Positions 47,936-60,366 are shown, counted from the first letter of the stretch. The stretch: DNA of 64,000 bases from Candidatus Eiseniibacteriota bacterium (GCA_965224245.1 OZ245046.1:3264001-3328000), one strand, 5' to 3'. Program-made: numbers and translations. The notes: generated by a model from the sequence alone, not told the origin.

Positions 47936-49092
47936 GCACGCGGACCGCCGATGCGGTCTTCGGAGCCCCGCCCGCGCCGTCACTGCTGCCCCAGGACGAC
48001 GACGGCACCTACTGGCTCAACATGGGCCCGCAGCACCCGAGCATGCACGGCGTGCTCCGGCTTCTGCTCCATCTCCAGGGCGAACGCATCCTGAGCGCCG
48101 AGTGCATCATCGGCTACGCGCATCGCGCCCACGAGAAGATGGCCGAGAACCGCAACTACATGATGTTCCTCCCCAACACCTCGCGCGTCGACTACCTGTG
48201 CGGCATGATCTACAACCTGGCCTTCTGTCAGGCGATGGAGAAGTGGATGTCCATCGAGGTACCGCCGCGCGCCGAGTACATCCGCATCATCACCGCCGAG
48301 CTGAATCGCATCTCGAGCCACCTTCTGTGGTTCGGGACGTTTCTGTTGGATCTGGGCGGCATCACGCCGTTTCTCTACTGCTTCGAGGATCGCGAGCAGA
48401 TTCTCGAGATCCTCGACCGGGTGACCGGGTCGCGGCTCACGTATTGCTACGGGCGCTTCGGCGGGGTCACGATGGACGTCGACGACGTGTTTCTGCGCCA
48501 GACGCGCGACTTCGTCGCGCACCTTCGCGGACGCCTGCCCGAGTACCACCAGCTCGTGACCAAGAACATCATCTTCCAGAAGCGTTGCGTGGGCGTCGGC
48601 GAGATCGCCGTGGACGTCGCGAAGCGCTACGGCGTCACCGGACCCTGCCTCAGGGCGTCCGGCGTCCCGTACGACGTCCGCAAGGCCGAGCCGTACGGCT
48701 ACTACGACCGGATGGAGTTCGACGTGCCCCTCGGTGAGCGCGGCGACCTCCTCGATCGCTACTGGGTCCGCGTACGCGAGATGGAAGAAGCGTGTCGTCT
48801 GATCGACCAGGCCCTGGAGGGGATCAGCGAGGGCCCGATCATGCCCGAGAAATCCCCGAAGAAGTTCAGGCCCCCGGCCGGTGACATCTACTTCGCCGTG
48901 GAGTCGGGGCGCGGGCAGTTCGGAACCTACATGGTCAGCGACGGCACCGACGTGCCGGTCCGCATCAAGCTCCGCACGCCGTCGTTCTCGAATCTGTCGG
49001 CCATGCCGGAGGTCTTCGAGGGGACGATGGTGGCCGACACGATCGCGATCCTGGGCAGCATCGACATCGTGCTGCCGGAGGTGGACCGCTGA
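47932..49092 (+). CDS. nuoD: NADH-quinone oxidoreductase subunit D
   Basis: [24 protein letters not shown] and ELNRISSH; ends DIVLPEVDR. Confidence 0.96.
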   Translation: MSTRTADAVFGAPPAPSLLPQDDDGTYWLNMGPQHPSMHGVLRLLLHLQGERILSAECIIGYAHRAHEKMAENRNYMMFLPNTSRVDYLCGMIYNLAFCQAMEKWMSIEVPPRAEYIRIITAELNRISSHLLWFGTFLLDLGGITPFLYCFEDREQILEILDRVTGSRLTYCYGRFGGVTMDVDDVFLRQTRDFVAHLRGRLPEYHQLVTKNIIFQKRCVGVGEIAVDVAKRYGVTGPCLRASGVPYDVRKAEPYGYYDRMEFDVPLGERGDLLDRYWVRVREMEEACRLIDQALEGISEGPIMPEKSPKKFRPPAGDIYFAVESGRGQFGTYMVSDGTDVPVRIKLRTPSFSNLSAMPEVFEGTMVADTIAILGSIDIVLPEVDR

Positions 49093-50072
49093 TGCCCTGG
49101 ACGCTCGCGAACGGCTACTCGAGCCCGTGGCTCGGCGCGCTGATCGGCGTCGGCATCATCATGGGCTACGTCACCGTCAACGCGCTCTTCCTGATCTGGA
49201 TGGAGCGCAAGGTCTCCGCGCGCATGCAGCGCCGGCTCGGTCCCACCGAGGTGGGCAAGTTCGGCCTCGCGCAGACCGCCAACGACGTGCTGAAGCTCCT
49301 GGGCAAGCAGCTGATCACGCCCAGCCACGTGGACAAGCCGCTCTATCATCTCGCGCCGGCGCTCGTGTTCATCCCGGTCATCGCCGGCCTCGCGCTGTTC
49401 CCGGTCTCACACGGCTGGGCGCTCTCGAACACCAACGTCGGCCTGATCCTGGTGTTCAGCTTCGCCGGCATCGGGGTGCTCGGGATGTTCATGGCCGGCT
49501 GGGGATCCAACAACAAGTATGCGCTCCTGGGTGCGATGCGCTCGGTGTCGCAGAACATCGCGTACGAGATCCCGCTCATCCTGTCCACGCTGTCGGTCGT
49601 CCTGATCGCACGGTCGCTCAATCTGCACGACATCGCCGCGGCCCAGAAGAACGTCTGGTTCGTCGTGTTCCAGCCGATCGCCGCCATCATCTACCTGATC
49701 TCGGCCACCGCGGAGACGAACCGGGCACCGTTCGACATCCCCGAGGCCGAGAGCGAGCTGATCGCGGGCTTCCACACCGAGTACTCGGGCATGCGCTTCG
49801 CGATGTTCTTCCTGTCCGAGTACACCAACATGATCATCGTCAGCATGGTGGCGGCCACGGTGTTCCTCGGGGGCTTCCAGGGGCCGCTCCTGCCGGGGCC
49901 GGTGTGGTTCTTCCTGAAGGTGTACGCGGTGATCTTCCTGATGATGTGGTTCCGCTGGACGTTCCCCCGGCTCCGCTTCGATCAGCTGATGAGCTTCGCC
50001 TGGGCCGTCCTGATCCCGCTGTCGATCCTCAACCTGCTCGTAACCGGGATCGTTCTGAAGGTGGTGACCTGA
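49092..50072 (+). CDS. nuoH: NADH-quinone oxidoreductase subunit H
   Basis: ERKVSARMQRRLGP, AETNRAPFDIPEAESEL and PRLRFDQL. Confidence 0.97.
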   Translation: MPWTLANGYSSPWLGALIGVGIIMGYVTVNALFLIWMERKVSARMQRRLGPTEVGKFGLAQTANDVLKLLGKQLITPSHVDKPLYHLAPALVFIPVIAGLALFPVSHGWALSNTNVGLILVFSFAGIGVLGMFMAGWGSNNKYALLGAMRSVSQNIAYEIPLILSTLSVVLIARSLNLHDIAAAQKNVWFVVFQPIAAIIYLISATAETNRAPFDIPEAESELIAGFHTEYSGMRFAMFFLSEYTNMIIVSMVAATVFLGGFQGPLLPGPVWFFLKVYAVIFLMMWFRWTFPRLRFDQLMSFAWAVLIPLSILNLLVTGIVLKVVT

Positions 50073-50713
50073 TGTCCATCGCGCACACCCTGGTCGGCGG
50101 GCTCGGAACGCTCCTCGGCGGCATGGCCATTACCATCAAGCACATGTTCAAGAAGCCGGTCACGCGCGAGTACCCGCGCGTGAAGCCGGAGCTGAGCCCC
50201 GCCTTTCGCAGCGCCATCGAGCTCGTCCGGTTCGACGAGACGTCGACACACGACTGCATTGCGTGCATGCAGTGCGTCAACATCTGCCCGTCGTTCTGCA
50301 TCACGGTCGACGGGACGCGCTACGAGGGCGTCAAGGGCAAGCGCGCCGAGAAGTTCGATGTCGACTACTCGCTCTGCAGCCTGTGCGGGCTCTGCATCGA
50401 CGTGTGCCCGACGGACACGCTCGGCTACTCCAAGATCTACGACGTCGTCGGCTTCGACCGGCACGGCTTCACCTACGACCTCCTGGACGGCTTCCGCGAG
50501 GACGAGGCGCGGTACATCGCGCGTCTTCAGCAGGAAGCCCGGGTCAAGGCCGACGCCGCCGCGGCGAAGAAGGCGGCCGCGGAGAAGGCCGCCGCCGAGA
50601 AGGCCGAAGCGGCCGGAGACGGCGCCCCGAGCGCCTCCGGCACGGGCAGTGCCGCCGGAGACGGCGCGCCGCGCCCCCAAGAGGGCGCGAAGTCGGACGA
50701 GGGCACCCGCTAG
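50072..50713 (+). CDS. nuoI: NADH-quinone oxidoreductase subunit I (2x[4Fe-4S]) with Ala/Lys/Glu-rich tail
   Basis: CIACMQCVNICP and CSLCGLCIDVCP. Confidence 0.95.
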   Translation: MSIAHTLVGGLGTLLGGMAITIKHMFKKPVTREYPRVKPELSPAFRSAIELVRFDETSTHDCIACMQCVNICPSFCITVDGTRYEGVKGKRAEKFDVDYSLCSLCGLCIDVCPTDTLGYSKIYDVVGFDRHGFTYDLLDGFREDEARYIARLQQEARVKADAAAAKKAAAEKAAAEKAEAAGDGAPSASGTGSAAGDGAPRPQEGAKSDEGTR

Positions 50714-50754
50714 CGCGAGGGGCCGCGACCGCTCGAGAAGGGTTGGGCTAGGAC

Positions 50755-51258
50755 ATGGACGCCGGGACGCTGTCGGTTCATCCGACCGCCATGATCTTCG
50801 CCGGGATGGCCATCGTGGGCGCGATCTTCGCGGTCGCGTTCCGCAACATCCTGCACGCGATCTTCGGGCTCGCGATCACCATCGTCGCCGTCGCGGTACT
50901 CTTCGTGTACCTGGCCGCGCCGTTCGTCGCCGCGATGGAGGTCGTCGTCTACGTCGGCGGCATCAGCGTCGCGATGGTGTTCGCGGTCATGTTCGCGTAC
51001 ACGTCACGCTTCCGGAAGACCGGGGTCGGCGACTTTCTCCTGGCCGCCTTGCCGTCGCTGGCGTTCTTCGTGGTGATGCTGGTCATCATTCGCGACTCGA
51101 CGTTCGCCGTGGCCGCACCCGGTCGCGACTTCTCGGTCCCGGCCATCGGGCGTGCGCTCCTCGGCGAGTACAACGTCGTCTTCGAGGCGCTGTCCATCAT
51201 CCTCCTGCTCGCCATCATGGGCGCCATCGTGATCGCCCGCAAGGAGCCGGACTCATGA
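50755..51258 (+). CDS. nuoJ: NADH-quinone oxidoreductase subunit J
   Basis: VVYVGGISV and FEALSIILL; gene order. Confidence 0.92.
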   Translation: MDAGTLSVHPTAMIFAGMAIVGAIFAVAFRNILHAIFGLAITIVAVAVLFVYLAAPFVAAMEVVVYVGGISVAMVFAVMFAYTSRFRKTGVGDFLLAALPSLAFFVVMLVIIRDSTFAVAAPGRDFSVPAIGRALLGEYNVVFEALSIILLLAIMGAIVIARKEPDS

Positions 51259-51560
51259 CGCTCGAGCTGTTCCTGGTGCTGGGCCTCGCCCTGTTCTCGA
51301 TCGGGCTGTTCGCCGTCCTGTCCCGGCAGCACCTGATCGGGATCCTGATCGGCATCGAGCTGATGCTGGCCGCGGCCAGCGTGAACTTCATCGCGTTCAA
51401 CTACTTCGTGGTGTCCGACGCGATCGTGGGGCAGGTCGTGGTGCTGTTCGTGATCGGCCTGGCCGCCGCCGAGGTCGCGATCGCACTGTCCATCGTGCTC
51501 GCCGTGCACCGCGCTCGGCGCACCGTCGACGTCGGCGACCTGTCGCGACTGAAAGGGTGA
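51255..51560 (+). CDS. nuoK: NADH-quinone oxidoreductase subunit K
   Basis: GIELML and AAAEVAIAL; ends LKG. Confidence 0.94.
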   Translation: MTLELFLVLGLALFSIGLFAVLSRQHLIGILIGIELMLAAASVNFIAFNYFVVSDAIVGQVVVLFVIGLAAAEVAIALSIVLAVHRARRTVDVGDLSRLKG

Positions 51561-53419
51561 CGATGACGGCCTCCTCCCTGGCGCTGGTCGCCACGCTCGC
51601 GCCGCTCGCCGGCTTCGCGATCGCGATTCTCGCGCTGCGACGCCGCCACACCGCCGCGGCCAGCGTGACCATCCTGTCGGGCATCGTGTCGGCGGTGGCG
51701 GCGGTCACGCTCCTGTCGCGCGGCGCGCTCGAGGCGCCGCTCACGCGCCGCTGGTTCGAGAGCGAGTTCGCGAGCATGAGCTTCGGGTTCCTTCTCGACG
51801 GACCGAACCTCCTGATGGGCGTCGTCGTCTCGGTGATCGCTCTCCTCATCCAGGTGTACTCGGTGGGGTACATGGCCGGTGATCGCGAGCGGGGACGCTA
51901 CTTCGCGCTGCTTGCCCTGTTCACGTGGACCATGATGTCGCTCGTGTACGCGGCGAACCTCCTGCAGCTCTTCATCTTCTGGGAGCTGGTGGGGCTCGCG
52001 TCGTTCCTTCTGATCGGCTTCTGGTACGAGAAGCCGAGTGCCGCCGCGGCCGCCCGCAAGGCCTTCATCATGACGCGCGTCGGCGACGTCGGCCTCTTCA
52101 TCGGTGTGATCCTGCTCCTGCACCATCTGGGCACGCTGGACATCGCGCGCCTGACCGATCCCGCGGTGTTCGGCGTCCTGGCCCCCGCCACGCTGACCAC
52201 GATCGGCTTCCTGGTGCTGGCCGGGGTGGTCGGCAAGAGCGCGCAGTTCCCGCTCCACACGTGGCTGCCCGACGCGATGGAGGGCCCCACGCCCGTGAGC
52301 GCGCTCCTGCACTCGGCCACGATGGTCGCGGCCGGGGTGTTCCTGTTCGCGCGCCTGGAGCCGCTGGTGACGGCGTCGGACACGGTCGTCACCTGGACGC
52401 TGGGCATCGCGCTCGGCACGGCGATCCTGTCGGCGACGATCGCGATGGTGGTGAAGGACCTCAAGCGCGTGCTCGCCTACTCGTCCATCTCGCAGCTCAG
52501 CTTCATGCTGTTCGGGCTCGCCGGCGGCAGCGTCTTCGCCGGGCTCTTCCACCTCACGACCCACGCGGCGTTCAAGGCGATGCTGTTCCTGACCGCCGGC
52601 GCGTACATCCATCACTTCCACACCAACGACATGATCGCGATGGGCCGGCTCGGCGGCCGCCGCCTCGGGACCACCTCGGCGGCGCTGGTGATCGGAGCCG
52701 CCGCGCTGGCCGGCATTCCCCCGTTCGGCGGCTTCTTCAGCAAGGAGGCGATCATCCACGCGCTCGAGGGCCGACCGGCGGCGTTCACGTGGGGCGTCTA
52801 CGTCGCCGCCTTTCTGACCGCGTACTACAGCTTCCGGATGGTCTTCCTGCTCCTCCGGCCAAACCCCGGCGGGGCACTCGAGCCCGATGAGCCCGGGCAC
52901 GCGCCCGCGGACTTTCACGACGCCCCGTGGGTCATGCGCGGACCGATCCTGGGGCTGGCGGCGGTGACGCTGATCGTGGGCTGGCTGGGACCCGAGATCG
53001 AGCACCTGCTGTCGACCGACCACGGCGGCCACGTCGCGCGCTTCCCCTCGCTGGGGGTCGCGGGTCCGGCCATCGCCGTCGCGCTCGCCGGGGTCGTGGT
53101 CGCGTGGCTCGACTTCGGGCGCACCGGCGTGAGCCAGACCGGGTTCGTGGCCCGGCTCCCGCCGCTCGAGCGCCTGTTCCGGAGGCAGTGGCTCGTGGAC
53201 GACCTCTACCGGACCGTCGTGGTCTCCGCGGTCGCCGTGGTCTCGCGGGCCGCGGCGTTCTTCGAGCAGAAGGGGCTGGATGCGTCGGCCGACAGGGTGG
53301 CCGGCGGCACCGTGCAATCGGGACAGGGCGCCGCGTCGCTCCAGACCGGGCGCCTGCAGCTCTACGTCGCCATCGCCGTCGTTGCGCTCTCGTGGCTCGG
53401 CTACGTGCTCGCGCGATGA
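51557..53419 (+). CDS. nuoL: NADH-quinone oxidoreductase subunit L
   Basis: FWELVG, GKSAQFPLHTWLPDAMEGPTPVSALLHSATMV and THAAFKA. Confidence 0.97.
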   Translation: MTMTASSLALVATLAPLAGFAIAILALRRRHTAAASVTILSGIVSAVAAVTLLSRGALEAPLTRRWFESEFASMSFGFLLDGPNLLMGVVVSVIALLIQVYSVGYMAGDRERGRYFALLALFTWTMMSLVYAANLLQLFIFWELVGLASFLLIGFWYEKPSAAAAARKAFIMTRVGDVGLFIGVILLLHHLGTLDIARLTDPAVFGVLAPATLTTIGFLVLAGVVGKSAQFPLHTWLPDAMEGPTPVSALLHSATMVAAGVFLFARLEPLVTASDTVVTWTLGIALGTAILSATIAMVVKDLKRVLAYSSISQLSFMLFGLAGGSVFAGLFHLTTHAAFKAMLFLTAGAYIHHFHTNDMIAMGRLGGRRLGTTSAALVIGAAALAGIPPFGGFFSKEAIIHALEGRPAAFTWGVYVAAFLTAYYSFRMVFLLLRPNPGGALEPDEPGHAPADFHDAPWVMRGPILGLAAVTLIVGWLGPEIEHLLSTDHGGHVARFPSLGVAGPAIAVALAGVVVAWLDFGRTGVSQTGFVARLPPLERLFRRQWLVDDLYRTVVVSAVAVVSRAAAFFEQKGLDASADRVAGGTVQSGQGAASLQTGRLQLYVAIAVVALSWLGYVLAR

Positions 53420-53503
53420 GACGGTCGAACCCGGGGGCGCGCCTGCGCGTCCCCACCGGGCCCCGCGTCGACGGCGCCGGGCGCCGAGGAGAATGTTGAC
53501 GAG

Positions 53504-54964
53504 ATGGACACGTTCCCGCTCCTGACGACGATCATCCTCACTCCGGTAGCCGCGCTCGCGGTGGTCGTCGCGCTACCCGGGGCGCAAGAGCGCCTGATCA
53601 AGATCGTCTCGGCGGTTGCGGGCGCGATCACGGTGGCCCTGTCACTCGTGATGTGGCGCCGGTACGACACCGGCGGGGCACAGTACCAGTTCGTCGAGAA
53701 GATCGACTGGGTGCCGAGCTTCGGGATCGGCTACCACGTGGGCGCCGACGGCGTCGGCGTGCTGATGACCGTGCTCACCGCCCTCGTGTTCGCCACCGGC
53801 GTCCTGTCGATGTGGACGCTCACCGAGCGCGTCAAGGAGTACTTCGCCTTCATGCTGCTCCTGGTGGTCGGCGTGTTCGGCGTGTTCCTGAGCCTGGATC
53901 TCTTCTTCTTCTTTCTGTTCTACGAGGTCGCCGTGCTGCCGATGTACCCCCTCATCGGTGTCTGGGGGAGCACGCGCAAGGGCTACGCGGCGATGAAGCT
54001 CACGCTGTTCCTGATGCTGGGATCGGCACTGCTCTTCCCGGCGCTGATCGCGCTCTACTGGGCGAGTGGGCTCGGCACGTGGGACCTGACCGTCCTCGCA
54101 TCGCACGCCTACGATCCGAGCTTCCAGCGCTTCGTCTACCCGTTCCTGTATGTGGGCTTCGGAATCCTGGCCGGCATGTTCCCGTTCCACGGCTGGTCGC
54201 CCACCGGACACGTGGCGGCCCCCACCGCGGTCTCCATGCTGCACGCGGGCGTCCTGATGAAGCTCGGCGCGTTCGGCATCCTCCGCATCGCGATGCCGCT
54301 CCTCCCCGAGGGCGCGCACACCTGGGCGCCGCTGTTCGCCGGGCTCGCCACGGTCAACATCGTCTACGGAGCGTTCGTGGCGCTTCGCCAGGACGACTTC
54401 AAGTTCGTGATCGGATTCTCCAGCGTGTCGCACATGGGCATCGTGCTCCTGGGGCTGAATCTCCTCTCCCTCGACGGGATCAACGGCGCGGTGTTCCAGA
54501 TGTTCGCGCACGGGATCATGACGGCGCTCTTCTTCTCCGCCGTCGGCTACATCTACGACCAGGCGCACATCCGGGACATCCACGCGTTCGGCGGGCTCGC
54601 CCGACAGGTTCCGGTCGCGGGCAGCTTCTTCATCGTGGCCGGGCTGTGCGGGATCGGCGTGCCCGGGTTCGCCAGCTTCTGGGCCGAGCTCCTGGTCTTC
54701 GTGTCGGCGGTCCGGATCTACCCGGTCCTCGGTATCCTGGCCGTGGCCGGGCTGGTGATCTCGGCTCTGTTCATGCTGCGCGTCTTCTATCACGCGTTCT
54801 TCGGTCCGGCCAACGATCGGTGGAGCGGGCTGCCCGAGATCACCCCCTGGCTGAGCGTGCCGCGAGCCGTCCTCGTGGCCGTGCTGGTGTTCTTCGGGTT
54901 CTTCCCGTTCCTCATACTGGATCTGATCACGCCGGCCGCCAGGACCCTCATGGGGAGTTTTTGA
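53504..54964 (+). CDS. nuoM: NADH-quinone oxidoreductase subunit M
   Basis: FFLFYE, FPFHGWSP...APTAVS and SSVSHMG; gene order. Confidence 0.95.
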   Translation: MDTFPLLTTIILTPVAALAVVVALPGAQERLIKIVSAVAGAITVALSLVMWRRYDTGGAQYQFVEKIDWVPSFGIGYHVGADGVGVLMTVLTALVFATGVLSMWTLTERVKEYFAFMLLLVVGVFGVFLSLDLFFFFLFYEVAVLPMYPLIGVWGSTRKGYAAMKLTLFLMLGSALLFPALIALYWASGLGTWDLTVLASHAYDPSFQRFVYPFLYVGFGILAGMFPFHGWSPTGHVAAPTAVSMLHAGVLMKLGAFGILRIAMPLLPEGAHTWAPLFAGLATVNIVYGAFVALRQDDFKFVIGFSSVSHMGIVLLGLNLLSLDGINGAVFQMFAHGIMTALFFSAVGYIYDQAHIRDIHAFGGLARQVPVAGSFFIVAGLCGIGVPGFASFWAELLVFVSAVRIYPVLGILAVAGLVISALFMLRVFYHAFFGPANDRWSGLPEITPWLSVPRAVLVAVLVFFGFFPFLILDLITPAARTLMGSF

Positions 54965-54967
54965 GCC

Positions 54968-56392
54968 ATGCCGCACGGCGCACAGTTGTTCCTCCCGGAG
55001 ACGCTCGGGCTGGTGGGCGGCTTGATCGTGTTTCTCGTCGGACTCGGCTCCCGCGACATCTCGCGCACCCGCGCCTCTGCGCTCATCACGTCCGCGGCCA
55101 TGTTCGTGGCCACGCTGGCCACGCTGACCCTGTCCGGAGACCCGTTCTCGCCGGGCATCTTCCGGGTCGACCTGTTCTCGCAGCTCGTGAAGCTGGGGCT
55201 GATCGGCGGTCTCGGGCTCGTCTTGATGCTCACCGACGCGCCGGTCGGCGTCAGGCGCGACGCGCGGGTGGACGTGCCGATGTTCCTCGTCCTCGCGACG
55301 ATCGGCATGATGATCCTGGCCAGCGCGACCGAGCTCCTGACGTTCTACGTCGCGCTCGAGTTCTCCGCGTACGCGCTCTACATCGCCGTGGCGCTGCACC
55401 GCGATCGCGAGACCGGCGGAGAGGCGGCCGCCAAGTACGTGATCTTCGGCGGAGTGGCGTCGGCGATCACCATCTACGGCGCGAGCCTGGTGGTCGGCGC
55501 CGTCGGATCCACGTACCTGTCCCAGATCGCGGCCGCGTTCGCGGCGGGCGCCCCACCGATCCTGGTCGTGGGGGGTGTCCTGGTGCTCGCCGGCATCCTC
55601 TTCAAGCTGGCCGTGGTGCCCTTCCACTTCTGGGCTCCCGACGTCTACGAAGGCGCGCCGCACGAGATCGTCACGTTCGTCGCGTCCGCGTCCAAGCTGG
55701 CGGCGGTGGGTGTTCTGGCCCGTTTCGTGGCGATGCTCGAGCCGTCGGGCCAGCGCCTGGTGGACCTGTTCGCCGTGCTGGCGATCGTGTCGATGACGGT
55801 GGGGAACCTGGCCGCGATCGCGCAGCGGGACGTGAAGCGACTCCTGGCCTACTCGGCCGTCGCCCACGCCGGCTACCTCCTGCTCGGATTCGGCGCGCTG
55901 AGCGAGATCGGTCTGGCGTCGGCGCTCTTCTACGGGATCGTCTACGTGGCGATCTCGATCCTGGCCTTCGTGATCGTGATCACCGTCGGACGAGACGGCG
56001 TCAACCCCACCATCGAGGGCCTGCGGGGACTGCATTCGCGAAACCCGTTCCTGGCGTTCGTGCTGCTGGTCGCGATGTTCGGTCTGGCCGGCATTCCTCC
56101 CACTGCGGGGTTCGCCGGCAAGTGGTTCCTGTTCTCCGCCGCGCTCGAGCGCGATCAGTTCTTCCTGGTGCTCGTGGCCGCGGTGAACAGCACGATCGCC
56201 CTCTACTACTACCTCCAGCTCGTCCGCTCGGCCTACCTGACCGACAGCGGCGGCCTGGGCGTGGTGACGTTTCCGTGGCGCCACCGCGTGCCCGCGCTGG
56301 TGGCGATGGCGGTCACGCTGATCGCCGGCATCTATCCGGCTCCTCTCTGGTCGCTCGCCGAGCGTGCGTCCGCGCTGCTCGGCGGCGGCTGA
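54968..56392 (+). CDS. nuoN: NADH-quinone oxidoreductase subunit N
   Basis: EAAAKY, FKLAVVPFHFWAPDVYEGAP, KRLLAYS and GIPPTAGFAGK. Confidence 0.97.
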   Translation: MPHGAQLFLPETLGLVGGLIVFLVGLGSRDISRTRASALITSAAMFVATLATLTLSGDPFSPGIFRVDLFSQLVKLGLIGGLGLVLMLTDAPVGVRRDARVDVPMFLVLATIGMMILASATELLTFYVALEFSAYALYIAVALHRDRETGGEAAAKYVIFGGVASAITIYGASLVVGAVGSTYLSQIAAAFAAGAPPILVVGGVLVLAGILFKLAVVPFHFWAPDVYEGAPHEIVTFVASASKLAAVGVLARFVAMLEPSGQRLVDLFAVLAIVSMTVGNLAAIAQRDVKRLLAYSAVAHAGYLLLGFGALSEIGLASALFYGIVYVAISILAFVIVITVGRDGVNPTIEGLRGLHSRNPFLAFVLLVAMFGLAGIPPTAGFAGKWFLFSAALERDQFFLVLVAAVNSTIALYYYLQLVRSAYLTDSGGLGVVTFPWRHRVPALVAMAVTLIAGIYPAPLWSLAERASALLGGG

Positions 56393-56578
56393 TCGCGACG
56401 CCCTCACCCGCCCACGCTCTCGTCCGCGCCGCCGGCGACGCCAGGCTCGAACCGTGCCCGAGGCTCGCTAATGATCGTTCGGGCGCCTGCCGATCCTGCG
56501 AGTGATCGCGGGGGCCACCGTCTCGATCATCCAGTCGCCAGGCACGTCGCACGCGCGACACCCGGCAAGGAGTCTCCC

Positions 56579-57526
56579 GTGCCCAGCCCGCCATCGTCCC
56601 TCTGGACCGTCATCCTGGCCGCCGGCGAAGGCTCGCGGCTCTCCTCGCTCACGCGGGCCCTCCACGGCGAGGCACGACCGAAGCAGTTCGCGATGCTGGA
56701 TGGCGCCCGATCGCTTCTGCAGATCACCCTGGATCGCGTGGCCGAGCTGGCCCCTCCCGAGCGCACGATCGTGGTCGTCGGACGTCATCACGCCCGATTC
56801 GCCGACGAGCAGCTCGGCGGGCGCGGAGTCCGGGTGCTCCGACAGCCCCGGAACCTCGACACCGGCCCCGGCCTCATGCTGCCGCTCTCGGCAATCCGCC
56901 GCGTCGACCCCGACGCACCGGTCGCGTTCTTCCCGTCCGACCATCACGTTCCCGAGCCGGCCCCCTTCCTCGCAGCGGTTCGCGAGGCGCTGGCGGCGAC
57001 CGCGACGCATCCGGAGCTCGTGACCCTTCTCGGGGCCGCGCCCGAGCGTCCCGAGACAGAGTACGGGTGGATCACGCCGGGCCCACCGATCCGGGACGCC
57101 GGGCCGCTCCGCGCCGTCGCGGCGTTCGTGGAGAAGCCGGCCCTCGACGTTGCCCGGCACCTGTTGCGGCAGGGCGCGCTCTGGAACACGTTCGCGTCGG
57201 TCGGCCGGGTGTCCGCGTTCTGGCGGGCGTGCGAGGAGACGCTGCCGTGCCACGCGGCGCGCTTCGACGCGGTGCTGGCCGCGGAGCACGATCTCGACGA
57301 TCCGCGGGTGCTCGATCGCCTGTACGACGCGATGTCCCCGGCCAGCTTCAGTCACGACGTGCTCGAGCGCGCGTCCTCGCTGGCCGTGGCCGAGGTCGCG
57401 GGATCGGGCTGGAGCGACCTCGGGAGCCCGGTGCGGGTCCGGGAGTCGCTGAGCGACGCCGACCTGTCGGCACTACGCCCCGAGATGGCCGCGCTGTTCG
57501 AGACCGCCGCAAACGCGGCGGCCTGA
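56579..57526 (+). CDS. Mannose-1-phosphate guanylyltransferase-like nucleotidyltransferase (no PMI domain)
   Basis: VILAAGEGSRL, PKQF, QPRNLDTG, PSDH, FVEKP and GWSDLG; AAGGAG SD before the GTG at 56579. Confidence 0.88.
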   Translation: MPSPPSSLWTVILAAGEGSRLSSLTRALHGEARPKQFAMLDGARSLLQITLDRVAELAPPERTIVVVGRHHARFADEQLGGRGVRVLRQPRNLDTGPGLMLPLSAIRRVDPDAPVAFFPSDHHVPEPAPFLAAVREALAATATHPELVTLLGAAPERPETEYGWITPGPPIRDAGPLRAVAAFVEKPALDVARHLLRQGALWNTFASVGRVSAFWRACEETLPCHAARFDAVLAAEHDLDDPRVLDRLYDAMSPASFSHDVLERASSLAVAEVAGSGWSDLGSPVRVRESLSDADLSALRPEMAALFETAANAAA

Positions 57527-57568
57527 GCGTGTCGGCAGGGGTGGCTCCCCGGGAAACGGCCAGTCGCG

Positions 57569-57751
57569 TGCCATTTGGGCAAAGCGTCGCACAACGAGAC
57601 ATCGCCTCTAACTTGCCTAATTGAAACCAATTGCAATCGAAGTCGATCGATCGAGTTGCTGTACCGGCTGCAGCCGGGCGCCAGCAGGGTCGATCGCGTC
57701 AATCTGACAGTCGCCTTGCGACCCGGCCGGCGCTGCAGTGCCATTTTGACA
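57569..57751. promoter_or_regulatory. Three related palindromic sites (TGYCA-WWW-TGRCA-like), candidate enhancer/UAS
   Basis: TGCCATTTGGGCA 57569-81; CGTCAATCTGACA 57697-709; TGCCATTTTGACA 57739-51. Confidence 0.55.
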
Positions 57752-57842
57752 ACGGGACCCGCCCCGCTCGTCGAGCGAGGGCCTCGAGTCTCGTAAATCA
57801 TTCCACGGCAACAGGTCGAGGTCGCGCCAGCGTGGGTCGAGG

Positions 57843-57860
57843 TTGGCACCCGTCGTGCAT
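57843..57860 (+). promoter_or_regulatory. sigma54 (-24/-12) promoter upstream of groES
   Basis: TTGGCACCCGTCGTGCAT: TGGCAC with exact GG-N10-GC spacing. Confidence 0.7.
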
Positions 57861-57968
57861 GACGGGGAAGTGCCGCGGGGCTCGTGTGGGCTCCGCGCGT
57901 CCGTCGGCTGGACTCACCCCTACCTCGGTGTGCCTCGGCGCCCGAGCAATCCTGGAGACGTTGCCACG

Positions 57969-59973
<2,005 letters not shown>

Positions 59974-60034
59974 ACGTCCTCGCTCCGTTCATCGGGCCGC
60001 GTCGAACGCGGCTCTCCAGATCATCGGTCAGTCG

Positions 60035-60068
60035 CGGCGGAGTCGGCCCACAGGTGCCGGCTCCGCCG
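60035..60068 (+). terminator. Stem-loop downstream of groEL
   Basis: CGGCGGAGTCGGC-8 nt-GCCGGCTCCGCCG (13-bp stem with one G-U pair); weak U-tract. Confidence 0.5.
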
Positions 60069-60366
60069 TCAGCTTCTCGCTCCGGGACGGGCTCGGTGCT
60101 CTCACCGGATCGGCTCCTCGCTTCCCGGAGCCTCCCGGACCGCGATCTCGCGATGCTCGGGCCGGTCCAGGGAACCCCGGGCAGGCGGCCACGGTTGGAC
60201 GGGGAACGGTGCCCGCGGCTCCCAGGGGTCGTCGCTGCCGAGCGCCCGACCGCCCGACCGCCCCCGGGCGGAGGCGCTCCCCGGCCACCCGGGAGCCGGC
60301 CCCGAGCCCTGTGGTATCGTTCTCCCGAACCGCTCCCGAGATCATCGTCGTCGAAAGGACCTGCAC

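Noticed and set aside
47932-49092. nuoD operon as a group 4 [NiFe]-hydrogenase
   Set aside because: It lacks the N- and C-terminal CxxC nickel ligands and retains the quinone-site His/Tyr motifs (HPSMHG, RVDY).
59974-60366. Long GC-rich intergenic region after groEL as an ncRNA
   Set aside because: Apart from one hairpin I recognise no tRNA, riboswitch or sRNA motif; an Rfam/Infernal scan would be needed.
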